A stretch of 64,000 nt of DNA, taken from contig JBGSRK010000011.1 of the NCBI GenBank assembly GCA_041737595.1, positions 75,806 through 139,805 on the forward strand. The letters are read 5' to 3'. The notes beneath the pieces were generated by a model. That model did no database searches and was not told where the DNA came from. It worked only from the letters and a program-made list of their open reading frames with translations. A program made the translations under genes and the position numbers. This stretch comes from Patescibacteria group bacterium (GTDB taxonomy: Bacteria > Patescibacteriota > CPR2 > UBA1875). Positions 1 to 12,859 of the stretch are shown one piece after another. The first letter of the stretch is position 1. The number at the start of each line of letters is the position of its first letter.

Positions 1-685
1 AAAAGAAATACGACCAATGGGAAGATCAGCTCGTGGTGTTAGAGGAATAAAACTTCGAAAAGGTGATAGGGTAATTGGAATGGATATTGTTATCCCTGGT
101 TCAGAGCTTGTTGTTATCACAGAAAATGGATATGGGAAAAGAACAAGTATTGATCAATTCACTCCACATCACCGAGGTGGGGTTGGAATAAAAGCAGGTG
201 TTGTTACCCAAAAAACCGGAAAAACTGTTGATATTAAAACCATCACCGAAATAAAAGATGATCTTGTTGTTATCTCTAAACAAGGAACAATTATAAGAAT
301 ACCTTTGAAAAATATTTCAAAAATTGGTAGAGCGACTCAAGGTGTTAGAATTATGAAGGTTTCTGATGGGGATAATATTTCTTCTATTGCCAGTATCCCT
401 AAAATAAAAGATCCAGAAGAAAATCAAGAATTAGATAATGCAAAACAACCAGAATTAAATCTTGGTACAAAAAAGAAAGTAATAGTAAGCAAGAAAAAAA
501 CTGAAAAAAAGCCAAATGTTAATAAAAAACCGGTTGTCTCATTATCTACTAAAACAGAAAAAAAACCTGTTAAAACTAAACAAAATGATTTTAAAAAACA
601 AAAAAAATCTGGTTTTATAGTTAAGAAAATATCAGATAAAAAATCGAATCAAAAATCTGGCTTTAAAATAAAAAAAATAAAATAG
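1..685 (+). CDS. gyrA: DNA gyrase subunit A, C-terminal beta-pinwheel plus Lys-rich tail (5' partial)
   Basis: Blade repeats MGRSARGVRGIKL, RGGVGIKA, IGRATQGVRIM; the gene begins upstream of the window. Confidence 0.9.
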   Translation, partial: KEIRPMGRSARGVRGIKLRKGDRVIGMDIVIPGSELVVITENGYGKRTSIDQFTPHHRGGVGIKAGVVTQKTGKTVDIKTITEIKDDLVVISKQGTIIRIPLKNISKIGRATQGVRIMKVSDGDNISSIASIPKIKDPEENQELDNAKQPELNLGTKKKVIVSKKKTEKKPNVNKKPVVSLSTKTEKKPVKTKQNDFKKQKKSGFIVKKISDKKSNQKSGFKIKKIK

Positions 686-959
686 TCATTAATATCATTC
701 TATAATTAGAGATATAACAAAAAAGAGACCGGTAATGTCTCTTTTTGATTGCAAAAATATCCCCAACAATCTATTTATAATAATATATAAGCATAAGTAC
801 ATTATGTACTTCACTTTAGGGGAGTATCTATTATTTATTTTTTTATATATATGTTTTATTTTCTGGGCTGATTGAAAGTTTTTTGTTTTAGATATATAAT
901 ATTCAGTTCGGCAAATGCCGGGTAACTTATACATCGAATACAGGAAGAGGGTGTTTTAG

Positions 960-2084
960 ATGAAGATCGATCATGTGACCTTCTTTCTGAGGGTCCATAA
1001 GGTGTCGATTGAAACAGAGATAGATGTCGAAGAGATTGGTTACGGAATCAAACTCTATCGTGTTCCAACATTCAATATTGTTCGTGATGGTGAACGATCT
1101 CGAGAAATCCGTCCAGGGTCAATCATCAGTGTCTTTTCGAAGGCAGGGAAAGTTGCTCAGGTCTATGATCTTTCTACTGCCATTCGGGCCTTCAGAGACC
1201 ATATCCCAAAATCAGCTCAAACGGATTGGGAATGGGTCGAGGCTTGGGTGCCGAAACTTACACACGCTCAGGTTATTCTCGATTCTTGGTCCAAAGGCGG
1301 TCGAGAACATCAAGACGAGGTTCACAGAATCCTTTCTGAGTTCGTGTCAGATACAGCCAAGATGAACTCAAAGGGGAAGAAAGAAGCCAGAGATCTAGTG
1401 CGGAAGTTCGAGAACTTGCGCGACAAACTTGATCGCGTAAATCCGCCAGCAGCCGCAACAGTTGTTGCAACTGCGATTCGTCGGCTCAGAGTACATCGAG
1501 TGAAGATCGGGAAAACCGGGGTAAGAGCAGAACGTTGCTATTATTCCTTGGTCGAGATCAGAGCTCAGTATAGCGAATCACTTGAGCACATTCGATCTGA
1601 ATCGAAGTACATTGGTTCAAACCCAACAGCTGCGATGAGAGCATTTGATCGGATCGATCGGGAGCTTGCAACTCTCAAAATTGCACCTTATCTGCGTCCG
1701 GCACAGGAAGCACATAAGATGCTCGATCAGGCCAAGAAAGTCTATCGTGAGGTTGGCTGGAAACCGGCGAGGGATATTATGCATGATGTGATGTTTCCGT
1801 TCTCGGTCGAAAAAACCCTGACGGAGATTACAGAACTTTCTCATCGACTACCCGCAAAGGATGATCTTATTGGTCTTGAGAAGTTCGCAGAACTCCTCGT
1901 CAAATACCAAAAGCGTCTCGAACCTGTAACGAAGCTTCAGACTTCTAACTACCAGTGTCTTGCATCGGCGGTTTGTGTTCTTCTCGGAGAAGTCACAAAT
2001 GCACTCAGCGAAGGACAGTGGTATCTCACTCGTAGGAAGCTTGAAGCTGTTGACATTCGTATTCGATTCGAACCTAGGGGGTGA
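960..2084 (+). CDS. hypothetical helical protein, higher GC than flanks
   Basis: 374-aa ORF with RBS-like gagggtg upstream and a terminator downstream; no motif recognised. Confidence 0.7.
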   Translation: MKIDHVTFFLRVHKVSIETEIDVEEIGYGIKLYRVPTFNIVRDGERSREIRPGSIISVFSKAGKVAQVYDLSTAIRAFRDHIPKSAQTDWEWVEAWVPKLTHAQVILDSWSKGGREHQDEVHRILSEFVSDTAKMNSKGKKEARDLVRKFENLRDKLDRVNPPAAATVVATAIRRLRVHRVKIGKTGVRAERCYYSLVEIRAQYSESLEHIRSESKYIGSNPTAAMRAFDRIDRELATLKIAPYLRPAQEAHKMLDQAKKVYREVGWKPARDIMHDVMFPFSVEKTLTEITELSHRLPAKDDLIGLEKFAELLVKYQKRLEPVTKLQTSNYQCLASAVCVLLGEVTNALSEGQWYLTRRKLEAVDIRIRFEPRG

Positions 2085-2089
2085 TTTTC

Positions 2090-2128
2090 GGCCCCGCACA
2101 TAGATTTATGTGCGGGGCTTTCATTTTT
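2090..2128 (+). terminator. intrinsic terminator
   Basis: gccccgcacata-gatt-tatgtgcggggc hairpin followed by T-rich tract. Confidence 0.75.
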
Positions 2129-2359
2129 ATATTTTATCTAAATTAATTATGATTTTTTTGTGGATAAAATGCTCTTGACGTTTATAATCATGGGAGTAAT
2201 ATTGTAAATGTAATCTTTCGGGTAAAGCTCGAAGGGTGGATATAAAAACAAAAACCAGTATTCTATGGGCACAAGTCTATGGAAAGAAACAATGTTTTCT
2301 TTCTTTTGGCATGTGCCTAATTTGTTTAAATAATTAATTAGGTGAGGGTAAAGGAGTAT

Positions 2360-5300
2360 ATGATGAAGTTAAAATGGTTAGAAAAAGCTAAAAAAATTGT
2401 CTCAAGTGTTTTATTTTTACAAATGTTATTTGCATTACTGGTACCAGCGATGACATTTGCAGCAGCTCCGACAATTTTTTATATTGATAAAAATGATTCT
2501 GCGATTCCTATTTTTCGCACTTCTGATAGTACACCAACAATTACGGGGGGAGTTGACACATCGGCAACCTCTATAACCATAACGATAAATACATATTCTT
2601 GTACAACAACACCAGTTTCTGGTGGTTGGTCATGTGATGGCGCCTTTATTACAACACCCCTAACAGCGAATGTAGTATATCCAATTTCTTGGGTAGCCTC
2701 AAATGCAGATGGCTTTATATCTGGGACAGACGCAACAGGGGTTGTTTACGATACTATTGCTCCTGTAATTTCTGAAAATATGCCAGTTATCACACCCACA
2801 AACGATACTACTCCAAGATATGAGTTTAATGTCGATAGTACTAGTGCAATTACCTATGGTGGAGATTGTTCTTCCCCAGAGGGTCAAGCTTATGCCACTA
2901 GACAACAGGTAGACTTCAATACACTGTCAGATGGTTTATATAGTAATTGTACAATCTTTGTTACAGATCGAGCCGGTAATGTTAGTAATACTATAACTGT
3001 TTCTCCATTTACGGTAGATACTACGGGTCCAACGCTTGATCCTGTGGGGTTTAAATATGCGACACCAACAAATACTGATTGGGTGGGCCCACTCACTGGT
3101 GATCTTGCATCTGGTTGGAACTTAGACAGAGATGGGAATGCATCCACAAATTACTATCTTGATTTCACAGACACTACAGTTGCAGATGAAAATATAATGA
3201 ATCAGTATTTTCCATTGTACATTTCGGATTTAGTAGGAGTAACTGCCCCCGAGTTGGTTGTTTATTATGTTAACCGTGGAGTTCCAGAACCATTTTTGAC
3301 TTATCTTACAGATGCTGCAAACAATGCTGGACCATTTGCATATATAAAGGGAATAGGGTCGAGTAGCCACCCTACTCTTATAGATGGTGCGAAACACGAC
3401 ATACTGGCTATAGATGAACCAATGGCTATACCTGGAGATTTTCCAGAAGGTGAATACACGGTTAGTGGTGTTATTGGTGATGTCTTGGGAAATGCATCAA
3501 CCACTTATGATTTCAAACTAATTATAGGTGACATCACGGCTCCAGTTATTTCTGGGCTTACCACAATCTCGACTCCTTCTGCAAATACTACTCCATCATT
3601 CGATTTTGACTCTGACGAAGAGGGCACACTAAATATTTCAGGGTCAGGATGTACTGTATCCAGCTTTTCTGTAGTTGCTGGTTCTAATACATTTACTTTT
3701 GATTCTTTATCAGATGGTACTTATGATTGTAGTATTACAGTTACAGACGATGCTGATAATGTAAGTAATTCACTATCTCTTGATCAATTTGTGGTAGATA
3801 CCACCGCTCCAGCAACAACATACGCTATTACTGGCGGTACAGCAGGTAATAGTGGTTGGTACAAGGGTGTAACTCCTCCTACTATTACTCTTTCAACAGA
3901 ATCAACGGCTACAATCCACTGGCAATGGGAAAGTGAAGGCTGGAACTCTGGTTTGACTGATCAAACACCTGCAGTTACTGAAGGCGAAAGAACTATAGAA
4001 TATTATTCAGTAGATATTGCTACCAATGAAGAATCTCCACATAAGACCGCAACTGTAAAATATGACGCTACAGCTCCAACTGGTACTGTTGTAATAAACA
4101 GCGATGCAACCTGGGCAAAAAGCGTTGATGCAACACTTACGCTATCAGCAAGTGACGGTTTATCGGGTGTTTCACAGATGCTTATAGCAAATAATACAAG
4201 CTACCAAGGTCCATTTACTTATGTACCTGGATCTTATGCTTGGACACTGAACTCAAACGAGGGTACAAAAACCGTAAGGGTAAAATATATTGATGCGGCT
4301 GGTAACGAAATGGCTGTAGGTACACCTGATACTATAAAACTTGATACAACTGCACCAAGAGTAACTAATCTTGAGGTTGTAGACCCTGACGCTGGTCTTA
4401 TACCTTATCCAGACATGGATCCATATGCTGTGGGTGATCACATGATTCGCGTGCGTGCGGAAGTATATGATGACTTGGGAATAAACGATTCAGGTCTGAA
4501 TATCTCTAGTTGTCAAATAACAGTAGACGGTTCAAACTGGACACAGTTCAGTGCTTGGTATAACGCTGGGAAAAATAGGTGTGTCGGTGATATTCCTGCA
4601 AACTATTTCTCTGATGGACAGTTAGTTAGTGGATTCAATGTTCGTGTCAGTGACGTTGCCGGAAATATTGGGGTTGGTGTAGGAACAGGTAGAATTATAG
4701 ATTCATTGGCTCCCGTACTTGACACGATGACAGTTACACCTAGATATATGGACACAGTAGCTGGAACTATAAATGCAGAATCTGTAGTTACCGAGAATCC
4801 ATCAGCTTCTGGTGTTGCAAATTGTGAACAAAGGTATTGGCTCAATCTATATGACGGTGACTCTAGTGATGACTGGTCAGACTGGGTTACTACTACGTAT
4901 GCTGACGGTAAATGTCAAATAAGTATGGGCGGACTTCAAGACGGACGAATCTATCAATTCGAGTTCCGTGCAACAGATAATGTTGGTCATGTAAGTAATA
5001 TTGCTTCAAGTGGGCCAGTATTAGTTGACGATATAGCACCGACGGTTACATTTGTTGATCCCACTCTGGCTGACGGTGTTTCAACCGCTCAAAACAGTCA
5101 AACTTTTAAAATTGAAACGGATAGTGACGCCGATTCTTGTTCAATTGACCTTGGATTGGGCTCAGGGACATTTGAAGATGGAACACTTACCGGTTGGACA
5201 ACGGGTGGAACTGTCCCATGGGTAATAAGCTCAGACGCATATACTGGCAGTTATTCCGCGAAGAGCGGCAATCTAGCATGGCGTAATGGCGTTAACTCGT

Positions 5301-7348
5301 GGATTTATAAAACAGTAGATGTCCCCTTTAACACTACAATAGATTTTGACTGGAAGGTTAGTTCTGAGTCGGGTTATGATTATCTCAGCTTTTATCTAGA
5401 CAACAACCAACTCAACGCAATGAGTGGCGAAATAGGTTGGACGCACTTATCATATCCGATATCAGCGGGTTCCCACACGATAAAATGGTATTATTCTAAA
5501 GATGGTAGCGTTACATCCGAGCAGGACTCTGGTTGGATTGATAATGTCGCAATTAGTGGGGTAGATCTTGGTCTTCTGAATGGAGACATGGTAGACAATG
5601 GTGACGGTACTTGGTCTTATGGGCCAGTAACCTTACCTGACGGTCCAAGAAGCTACACTGTAACCTGTGTTGATCAGGTCGGTAATACAACAACGACTGG
5701 ATCACGAAGCCTAACAATCGACACAACCGCACCATCTATTCCTGGGACACCAACACCAAACAGGACAGATCCTACTAAAAATCAGTGGGTAACATGGTCA
5801 TGGGGCGCTTCGACCGACCTATATTCTGGCATTGACCATTATGAATGGGTTATTCAGAAAGATAGAGTTCAGGTCGCAAGTGGGAATGTTGCCAGTGATG
5901 TTACTAATAAAAACAAGTCACTTACTTGGGGTGACGGTGAATATGTGTTCCTAGTACGTGCTGTTGATGGGCTGGGTAATACTTCTGAATACTCCTTCTC
6001 TGACCCATTAACATTAGATCAAACCTCCCCTGTTGCGCCAAGTCTTGATTGGCCATATGATCCATACTATACACAAGATCAAACGATTACCTTCGACTGG
6101 GTTTCAGTTGACGATGCATACAGATATCGCATTGAATTCTGTGCCGAGGATCCAGGTGACGCGGGTGATGTATGTAATAGTGTTATCGATGAAAAGATGG
6201 GGGTATCAAACACATACAAGACTTATACTTTTAGTTCGTCAGATATGAACGTTTGGTGGAGAGTTCGTACCCGAGATGAAGCTGGTAACCTAAGCCCATG
6301 GGGCGAATCTAGGAAGGTTGTAATCGATAACACTGCACCAGTTTCTTCGGTAGATACTCTCGCACAATATATTAATACCGAGAAATTCAATATAAATATT
6401 ACCGCGAATGATCTAGCCCCAACTCTTAATATTAATAATTTAGTAAAAGCTAATGGTCTAATAGAAAATCAAGGTAGTGGAGTAGATTATATTGAACTTT
6501 GGTACCGAAAAGATAAAACTGATGTTAATATTGCTGATCTAAGTAGATTTGCAGAGATGCCAGCAAATGGTTACACCAGATATTGTACTGGGACACCTGA
6601 GGCTGCACTTTATGCAGAAGATATTGTCGTTGATGATGGCAGTCCGTGTTATTTTGATCCAACTCAACCTATAGAATTTGATACTACATTAACTGGTGGA
6701 GACGGTTTCTATGAGTTCTATTCAATTGCAGTCGATAATGCTGGTAATCGAGAAATAGTACCAATGACAGGTCTCCCTGGACTTTACCCATTATTAGAAG
6801 AAGGTGTAATAATAGGGGCAGAAGTTCTCCCAGATACATCTACTACTGTTGATACTAAATCGCCCGTGATTACATTAATTGGCAACAGCCCAATGACTGT
6901 TACCCAAGGAACAATATTTACAGACCCTGGAGCATCAACAGATGATGGTACAGCAGTTGTCCAATCTGGTTCTGTAGATACTAATGTAGTTGGTTCATAC
7001 TTAAGATATTATGACGCCACAGATCTTGCTGGTAATGTCGCAGATCAAGTTACTCGAACCGTAAATGTAATAGCGGCACCAGTTCTTTTGAGCCCACTTG
7101 CTACAACAGTTGGGGGAGATACTGGTCTTACTGAAGAGGTTCTTGGGGCTACTGACGAAAATGTAGATGGACAAGAAAAAGAAGTAAAAGGGTCAGAAGA
7201 TACTAATACTGAAGATAAAAATAGTGATACTAAAACCGATGGAACATTTCTTGGTCTTATGTGGTATTGGTGGGTATTAATAGTTGCTGGGCTAGTTGGT
7301 GGATGGTGGTGGTTTGCTGCCTGGCGTAGACGTAGAGAAGAAGACTAA
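2360..7348 (+). CDS. large cell-surface protein with repeated Ig-like/Fn3 domains, DUF5011-like domain and C-terminal TM anchor
   Basis: Signal peptide ending TFAAA, repeated DxAGN and DTTAP motifs, C-terminal WYWWVLIVAGLVGGWWWFAAWRRRR; aggag RBS before ATG 2360. Confidence 0.85.
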   Translation: MMKLKWLEKAKKIVSSVLFLQMLFALLVPAMTFAAAPTIFYIDKNDSAIPIFRTSDSTPTITGGVDTSATSITITINTYSCTTTPVSGGWSCDGAFITTPLTANVVYPISWVASNADGFISGTDATGVVYDTIAPVISENMPVITPTNDTTPRYEFNVDSTSAITYGGDCSSPEGQAYATRQQVDFNTLSDGLYSNCTIFVTDRAGNVSNTITVSPFTVDTTGPTLDPVGFKYATPTNTDWVGPLTGDLASGWNLDRDGNASTNYYLDFTDTTVADENIMNQYFPLYISDLVGVTAPELVVYYVNRGVPEPFLTYLTDAANNAGPFAYIKGIGSSSHPTLIDGAKHDILAIDEPMAIPGDFPEGEYTVSGVIGDVLGNASTTYDFKLIIGDITAPVISGLTTISTPSANTTPSFDFDSDEEGTLNISGSGCTVSSFSVVAGSNTFTFDSLSDGTYDCSITVTDDADNVSNSLSLDQFVVDTTAPATTYAITGGTAGNSGWYKGVTPPTITLSTESTATIHWQWESEGWNSGLTDQTPAVTEGERTIEYYSVDIATNEESPHKTATVKYDATAPTGTVVINSDATWAKSVDATLTLSASDGLSGVSQMLIANNTSYQGPFTYVPGSYAWTLNSNEGTKTVRVKYIDAAGNEMAVGTPDTIKLDTTAPRVTNLEVVDPDAGLIPYPDMDPYAVGDHMIRVRAEVYDDLGINDSGLNISSCQITVDGSNWTQFSAWYNAGKNRCVGDIPANYFSDGQLVSGFNVRVSDVAGNIGVGVGTGRIIDSLAPVLDTMTVTPRYMDTVAGTINAESVVTENPSASGVANCEQRYWLNLYDGDSSDDWSDWVTTTYADGKCQISMGGLQDGRIYQFEFRATDNVGHVSNIASSGPVLVDDIAPTVTFVDPTLADGVSTAQNSQTFKIETDSDADSCSIDLGLGSGTFEDGTLTGWTTGGTVPWVISSDAYTGSYSAKSGNLAWRNGVNSWIYKTVDVPFNTTIDFDWKVSSESGYDYLSFYLDNNQLNAMSGEIGWTHLSYPISAGSHTIKWYYSKDGSVTSEQDSGWIDNVAISGVDLGLLNGDMVDNGDGTWSYGPVTLPDGPRSYTVTCVDQVGNTTTTGSRSLTIDTTAPSIPGTPTPNRTDPTKNQWVTWSWGASTDLYSGIDHYEWVIQKDRVQVASGNVASDVTNKNKSLTWGDGEYVFLVRAVDGLGNTSEYSFSDPLTLDQTSPVAPSLDWPYDPYYTQDQTITFDWVSVDDAYRYRIEFCAEDPGDAGDVCNSVIDEKMGVSNTYKTYTFSSSDMNVWWRVRTRDEAGNLSPWGESRKVVIDNTAPVSSVDTLAQYINTEKFNINITANDLAPTLNINNLVKANGLIENQGSGVDYIELWYRKDKTDVNIADLSRFAEMPANGYTRYCTGTPEAALYAEDIVVDDGSPCYFDPTQPIEFDTTLTGGDGFYEFYSIAVDNAGNREIVPMTGLPGLYPLLEEGVIIGAEVLPDTSTTVDTKSPVITLIGNSPMTVTQGTIFTDPGASTDDGTAVVQSGSVDTNVVGSYLRYYDATDLAGNVADQVTRTVNVIAAPVLLSPLATTVGGDTGLTEEVLGATDENVDGQEKEVKGSEDTNTEDKNSDTKTDGTFLGLMWYWWVLIVAGLVGGWWWFAAWRRRREED

Positions 7349-7366
7349 AAATTATTAGTAGTCATA

Positions 7367-7401
7367 ACAAAAGATGGACCTTCGCGAAGGTCCATCTTTG
7401 T
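7367..7401 (+). terminator. intrinsic terminator
   Basis: aaagatggaccttcgcgaaggtccatcttt perfect inverted repeat. Confidence 0.75.
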
Positions 7402-7875
7402 TCTCTTTATCCTAAATATTAAAACGTATGTACTTCACTTTAGCGAAGTATAAAAACAAATTTTTTAAAGTTGATGTTCAATTAAAAAATCTATAATTAT
7501 TCCTATTGAATAAAAGTCTGGTTGTGATATATTTTATATACTCTTTCGGGTAAAAGCTTTGGCCACCTGTGACGATATAACGAGACCAAAAAGCTTCTGA
7601 AGGGGAAAGAAACAAATAGCTTACGAAAAGACTTGTAGGCAAAATCAAAAATAAAACTTAGTTACAATCGGAGGGATTGTATTTTTTTGTTTTCTTTTTT
7701 CGCTGCAGAAAAAGAGAGAATAACAAATCAATCCATAAAATTAAATCTAAAATAAAGTACAAAAAAATATGGTAATCAAAATATCCGATCACACAATTTG
7801 GTTAAAAAAATTGTACTAATAAAAAATTATTAAAATTATAAATTTCTTTCGGGGGAAGAAGGGGAAATATATCCT

Positions 7876-9480
7876 ATGTTCAGAAAATTCAAGAAATGTA
7901 TTTCTGTTTTTATGGCAACTCTTATCCTTGTTAATGTTTTTGTTCCCTCAATTGCTTTTGCTGGAACAGATGAAATTATCATTGAAAAGACACAACAAAC
8001 AGAACAAGTACAATTGGTTGAAGAACCAGTTGTAGAAGAAGAAGTAACTCCAGAAATCATTTCTTTATCAATCGAATCAAATAACCCAAATTCAAAATGG
8101 GCGAAAAAAGACAATATTGTCACTATTAATTTTGTGTCAAATATAGAATTGATTTCTCCAACTGTTGTTGTAGATAGTATCCCTATTGGAGGGGATAACG
8201 CAACAGTTCGAGATAATAACCCATTAATAGTTGAGCCTGAATATCAATTTACTTATGTTGTTGGCGGTATAGCAGAAATAAATGATGATTCATTTGACTT
8301 TACTATTTCAGATGATAGCACGGAATTAGCCGATCAATCTGACCTAGAGGTTGGGCAAAATGTTACCATAGATAATACAAGTCCTGTTATTACATTATAT
8401 TCAGATTATATGACTGCCGAAGAACTTAAAAAATCTATAAGTTTAACAGAATCACAAAAATTAGTAGATGATGGAGTTTTTGTCGATGAATCAACTGGAG
8501 AAGTTGTTTTAAAGACAACTTGGGACGTTCCAATTAAAAATGTTGATGGTAGTTATACATATAATGTAACTTACACTGCAGAAGATAATGCTGGAAATGT
8601 AACAGAAAAAATTGGGGTTTTAGTTAGTTTAGAACCAAATTTTACTGACAAAAGAATCACAAGCACAGTTCTAGAAATAGAACTTTTGGGTGACGCAACT
8701 ACACAAGCTGAGCTTGGTAAAATATATGAAGATTTAGGTGCTAAATATACTTGGGATGGAGTTAAGCCAGTTTACGCCTGGGTAACTGGTGATTTAAACA
8801 CCCTAGTTTCTAAAGACGATTATTCACTTACTTATAATGGGAATATTGAGTCTGAATATGCTCCATTAGAATCAGTAAGCACACTTGACCCTATTAATGT
8901 AACAAGAACAATTAAAGTATCTGACACCGTTGCCCCAGGGCAGGTGAAAGATTTTTATCTTGTCTCAGGGAACGGGTATATCGATCTTCACTGGGTGAAC
9001 CCAACAGATGATGATTTCGCAGGTGTTCAAATATGGAAAAGCACAACCGAAGGTCAAATGGGCGAAATGATACTTTTTACATCAAAAGTAACAGTATCAT
9101 ACGAAGATGCTAATGTGTTAAATGGTACCACTTATTATTACACCTTAGTTGCAGTTGATTTATCTGCCAATTCAGGCAGTCCAACAAATCAGTTATCTGC
9201 TACTCCAATAGCCCCACAAATTGTTTCTGCTGACACTTCATTTGGTTATGATTCGTATTCTTATCAGGAAATAACCGATGAAAAAGATGGAGAAGTAAAA
9301 TCAGGAGAATCAAATGACAAAAAAGTAGAAACAGAAAACAGCGTATTACCACTTCTTGGTTTTATTGCACTTCTTATTCTTCTTGCAACTGGTTTGTACT
9401 TGATATATCTTCAAAATCCAGAATGGTTTACATGGCTTTTCTTTTGGAGAAAAAAGAAAATAAAAAACGGTAAAAAATAA
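7876..9480 (+). CDS. cell-surface protein with Ig-like and Fn3 domains and C-terminal TM anchor
   Basis: Signal peptide, DNTSP/EDNAGN motifs, Fn3 signature LNGTTYYYTLVAVD, C-terminal hydrophobic helix plus basic tail. Confidence 0.8.
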   Translation: MFRKFKKCISVFMATLILVNVFVPSIAFAGTDEIIIEKTQQTEQVQLVEEPVVEEEVTPEIISLSIESNNPNSKWAKKDNIVTINFVSNIELISPTVVVDSIPIGGDNATVRDNNPLIVEPEYQFTYVVGGIAEINDDSFDFTISDDSTELADQSDLEVGQNVTIDNTSPVITLYSDYMTAEELKKSISLTESQKLVDDGVFVDESTGEVVLKTTWDVPIKNVDGSYTYNVTYTAEDNAGNVTEKIGVLVSLEPNFTDKRITSTVLEIELLGDATTQAELGKIYEDLGAKYTWDGVKPVYAWVTGDLNTLVSKDDYSLTYNGNIESEYAPLESVSTLDPINVTRTIKVSDTVAPGQVKDFYLVSGNGYIDLHWVNPTDDDFAGVQIWKSTTEGQMGEMILFTSKVTVSYEDANVLNGTTYYYTLVAVDLSANSGSPTNQLSATPIAPQIVSADTSFGYDSYSYQEITDEKDGEVKSGESNDKKVETENSVLPLLGFIALLILLATGLYLIYLQNPEWFTWLFFWRKKKIKNGKK

Positions 9481-9588
9481 AATCTAAATATAAAATAAAA
9501 ATAAAAAAAGATGCAGCGCAAGGTCTTATGGTTATAAACTATAGAAACACACCTTGCGCTGTTTCTTATAAAAAATTACAATATATAT

Positions 9589-10167
9589 ATGGCAATAATA
9601 AATCCTTATGATTTAAGAAAAAAGTTTTTTTTAAACCCTCAAAAAGTTGTAGACGAACTCGAAATTGAAACAGGCAAGATAGTTTTAGATTTTGGTGCAG
9701 GTTCTGGATTTTGGACCTTGCCCCTTGCTCGTAAAGTAGGTGCAAAAGGGATGGTTATTGCAGTTGATAGATCAGAAGAAAATCTTTCTATAATAAGAAG
9801 AAAAGCTGAACAATTTGGTTTTTCGAATATAAAACTTTTAAGAGCGCCATATAACAGTAAAATTATTACAGTTGATGAAAAGGTAGACTATATAATTATT
9901 TCAAACATATTAACATTAATTGGGAAGACAAAAAGTTTAATTGCAGCAACAAAAAAAGTTGCAAATATTGGAACAAAATTAATAATTATAGACTGGAAAC
10001 AGGGTACAATGTTTGGGACAGACCCTGGGTTTAATATTAATGAGCAAGAAATTATACAATCGGCAAATGAATCTGGATATGAGTTTATTAAATTATTAGA
10101 TGCTGGGTCATTCCATTTCGCTTTATATTTAAACTATACGGGAGAGATTTATGAAAAAAGAAAATAA
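9589..10167 (+). CDS. class I SAM-dependent methyltransferase
   Basis: VLDFGAGSG motif I, VIAVD motif. Confidence 0.85.
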   Translation: MAIINPYDLRKKFFLNPQKVVDELEIETGKIVLDFGAGSGFWTLPLARKVGAKGMVIAVDRSEENLSIIRRKAEQFGFSNIKLLRAPYNSKIITVDEKVDYIIISNILTLIGKTKSLIAATKKVANIGTKLIIIDWKQGTMFGTDPGFNINEQEIIQSANESGYEFIKLLDAGSFHFALYLNYTGEIYEKRK

Positions 10168-10294
10168 AGAAGAAATAAACGAAGGCGATCCAATTTGTGA
10201 AAAATGTGGTAACATTAAGACTTTGGAGGGGGATGATTGGGTATGCTCTCATTGTGATGCTAAAATAGATTTTTTTGGAGACGATAATGAATAA
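10151..10294 (+). CDS. small zinc-ribbon protein (47 aa)
   Basis: Translated by hand: CEKC...CSHC, ggagag RBS; below the ORF-track cutoff. Confidence 0.6.
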   Translation: MKKENKEEINEGDPICEKCGNIKTLEGDDWVCSHCDAKIDFFGDDNE

Positions 10295-10687
10295 AATTAA
10301 AATGTTTTTTTCTAGTGATTATCTTTTTACAGCTACTACTGGTACAAAATTCGAATATATATATATTTGTATTTATCTGTTTTTATTTTATTTGCGATTA
10401 TTGGTTATAAAATATATCTAAAAATTAAAGGAGACAGGCCTAAGGTTTATAAAAAATTTGATAGAATATGGTTTTGGGGTTATCTAACTACTGGAGTAAT
10501 TGGTTTATTTGTATGGTTTTCTAGAACTCAGAATTTACCAATATTTTCAACAAGATTTATTTCTTATTCATTTTTATTAATATTTATATTATTTACTGCA
10601 TATCTTATTTACTTATTTACCGAAAAGACACCGAAAGAATTAAATAAATATTACGAAAAAAAACGCAAAGAAAAATATTTAAAATAA
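10287..10687 (+). CDS. membrane protein, apparently frameshifted at (AT)6 10355-10366
   Basis: ATG 10287 frame joins ORF 10367-10687 if one AT unit is removed. Confidence 0.55.
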
Positions 10688-10721
10688 TAAGCTGATTTTA
10701 AATAAATAGTGAATTTTATTG

Positions 10722-10750
10722 TTGACATTATTCGTAACTTTAGATAGAAT
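10722..10750 (+). promoter_or_regulatory. sigma70 promoter for 16S rRNA
   Basis: TTGACA-17bp-TAGAAT. Confidence 0.7.
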
Positions 10751-10975
10751 CTTAAAGCACATAAAGTAATTTTAACAAAAAGAACTAAACACTCTAACCC
10801 GCCAATTGGCGGAGGTGGTTAAATTTGCTCTTATGTAATAGAAATTTGAAAATTGAATAGTGTTGATAGTATGTACACAAAAAAATCATGTTCTTGTTAA
10901 TTCGAGAAAAAAAGCTCGACTACAGCTTTATAAATGTAGTCAATTGAATGTCAGTTTCATACTGAACAATCAAAC

Positions 10976-12463
<1,488 letters not shown>

Positions 12464-12502
12464 CTAAAGGAAATTAATGCTATATGCATTCAAATCAAGT
12501 TT

Positions 12503-12577
12503 GTCATTCTGAGCGGAAGCGAAGAATCTACTTGAGGGTTCCTTAGGTCGTGGATCTCGACGTTACGTTGAGATGGC
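12503..12577. repeat. REP-like palindromic element
   Basis: gtcattctgagcggaagcgaagaatct with degenerate partner gatctcgacgttacgttgagatggc. Confidence 0.4.
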
Positions 12578-12764
12578 TGTGCATACTTCAACACTATTCA
12601 GTTTTTAAAACACTACCTGCCAGTTGGCAGGTTTTTGTTTAGGAAATGATTGAAATTTTAGAGAAAATAAAGTAAAATTGTCAAGCAAAGTATCTTTGAT
12701 ATTTTTATATTAGTTAAAATATGTTAATTTTAACTCAAGAAAAAGAATGAACTTTTTCTAATGA

Positions 12765-12841
<77 letters not shown>

Positions 12842-12859
12842 AAATAAAAGAGGGATTGT

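Noticed and set aside
960-9480. Additional DGR variable regions in the large or high-GC genes
   Set aside because: No TR similarity seen by eye at their 3' ends; not exhaustively searched.
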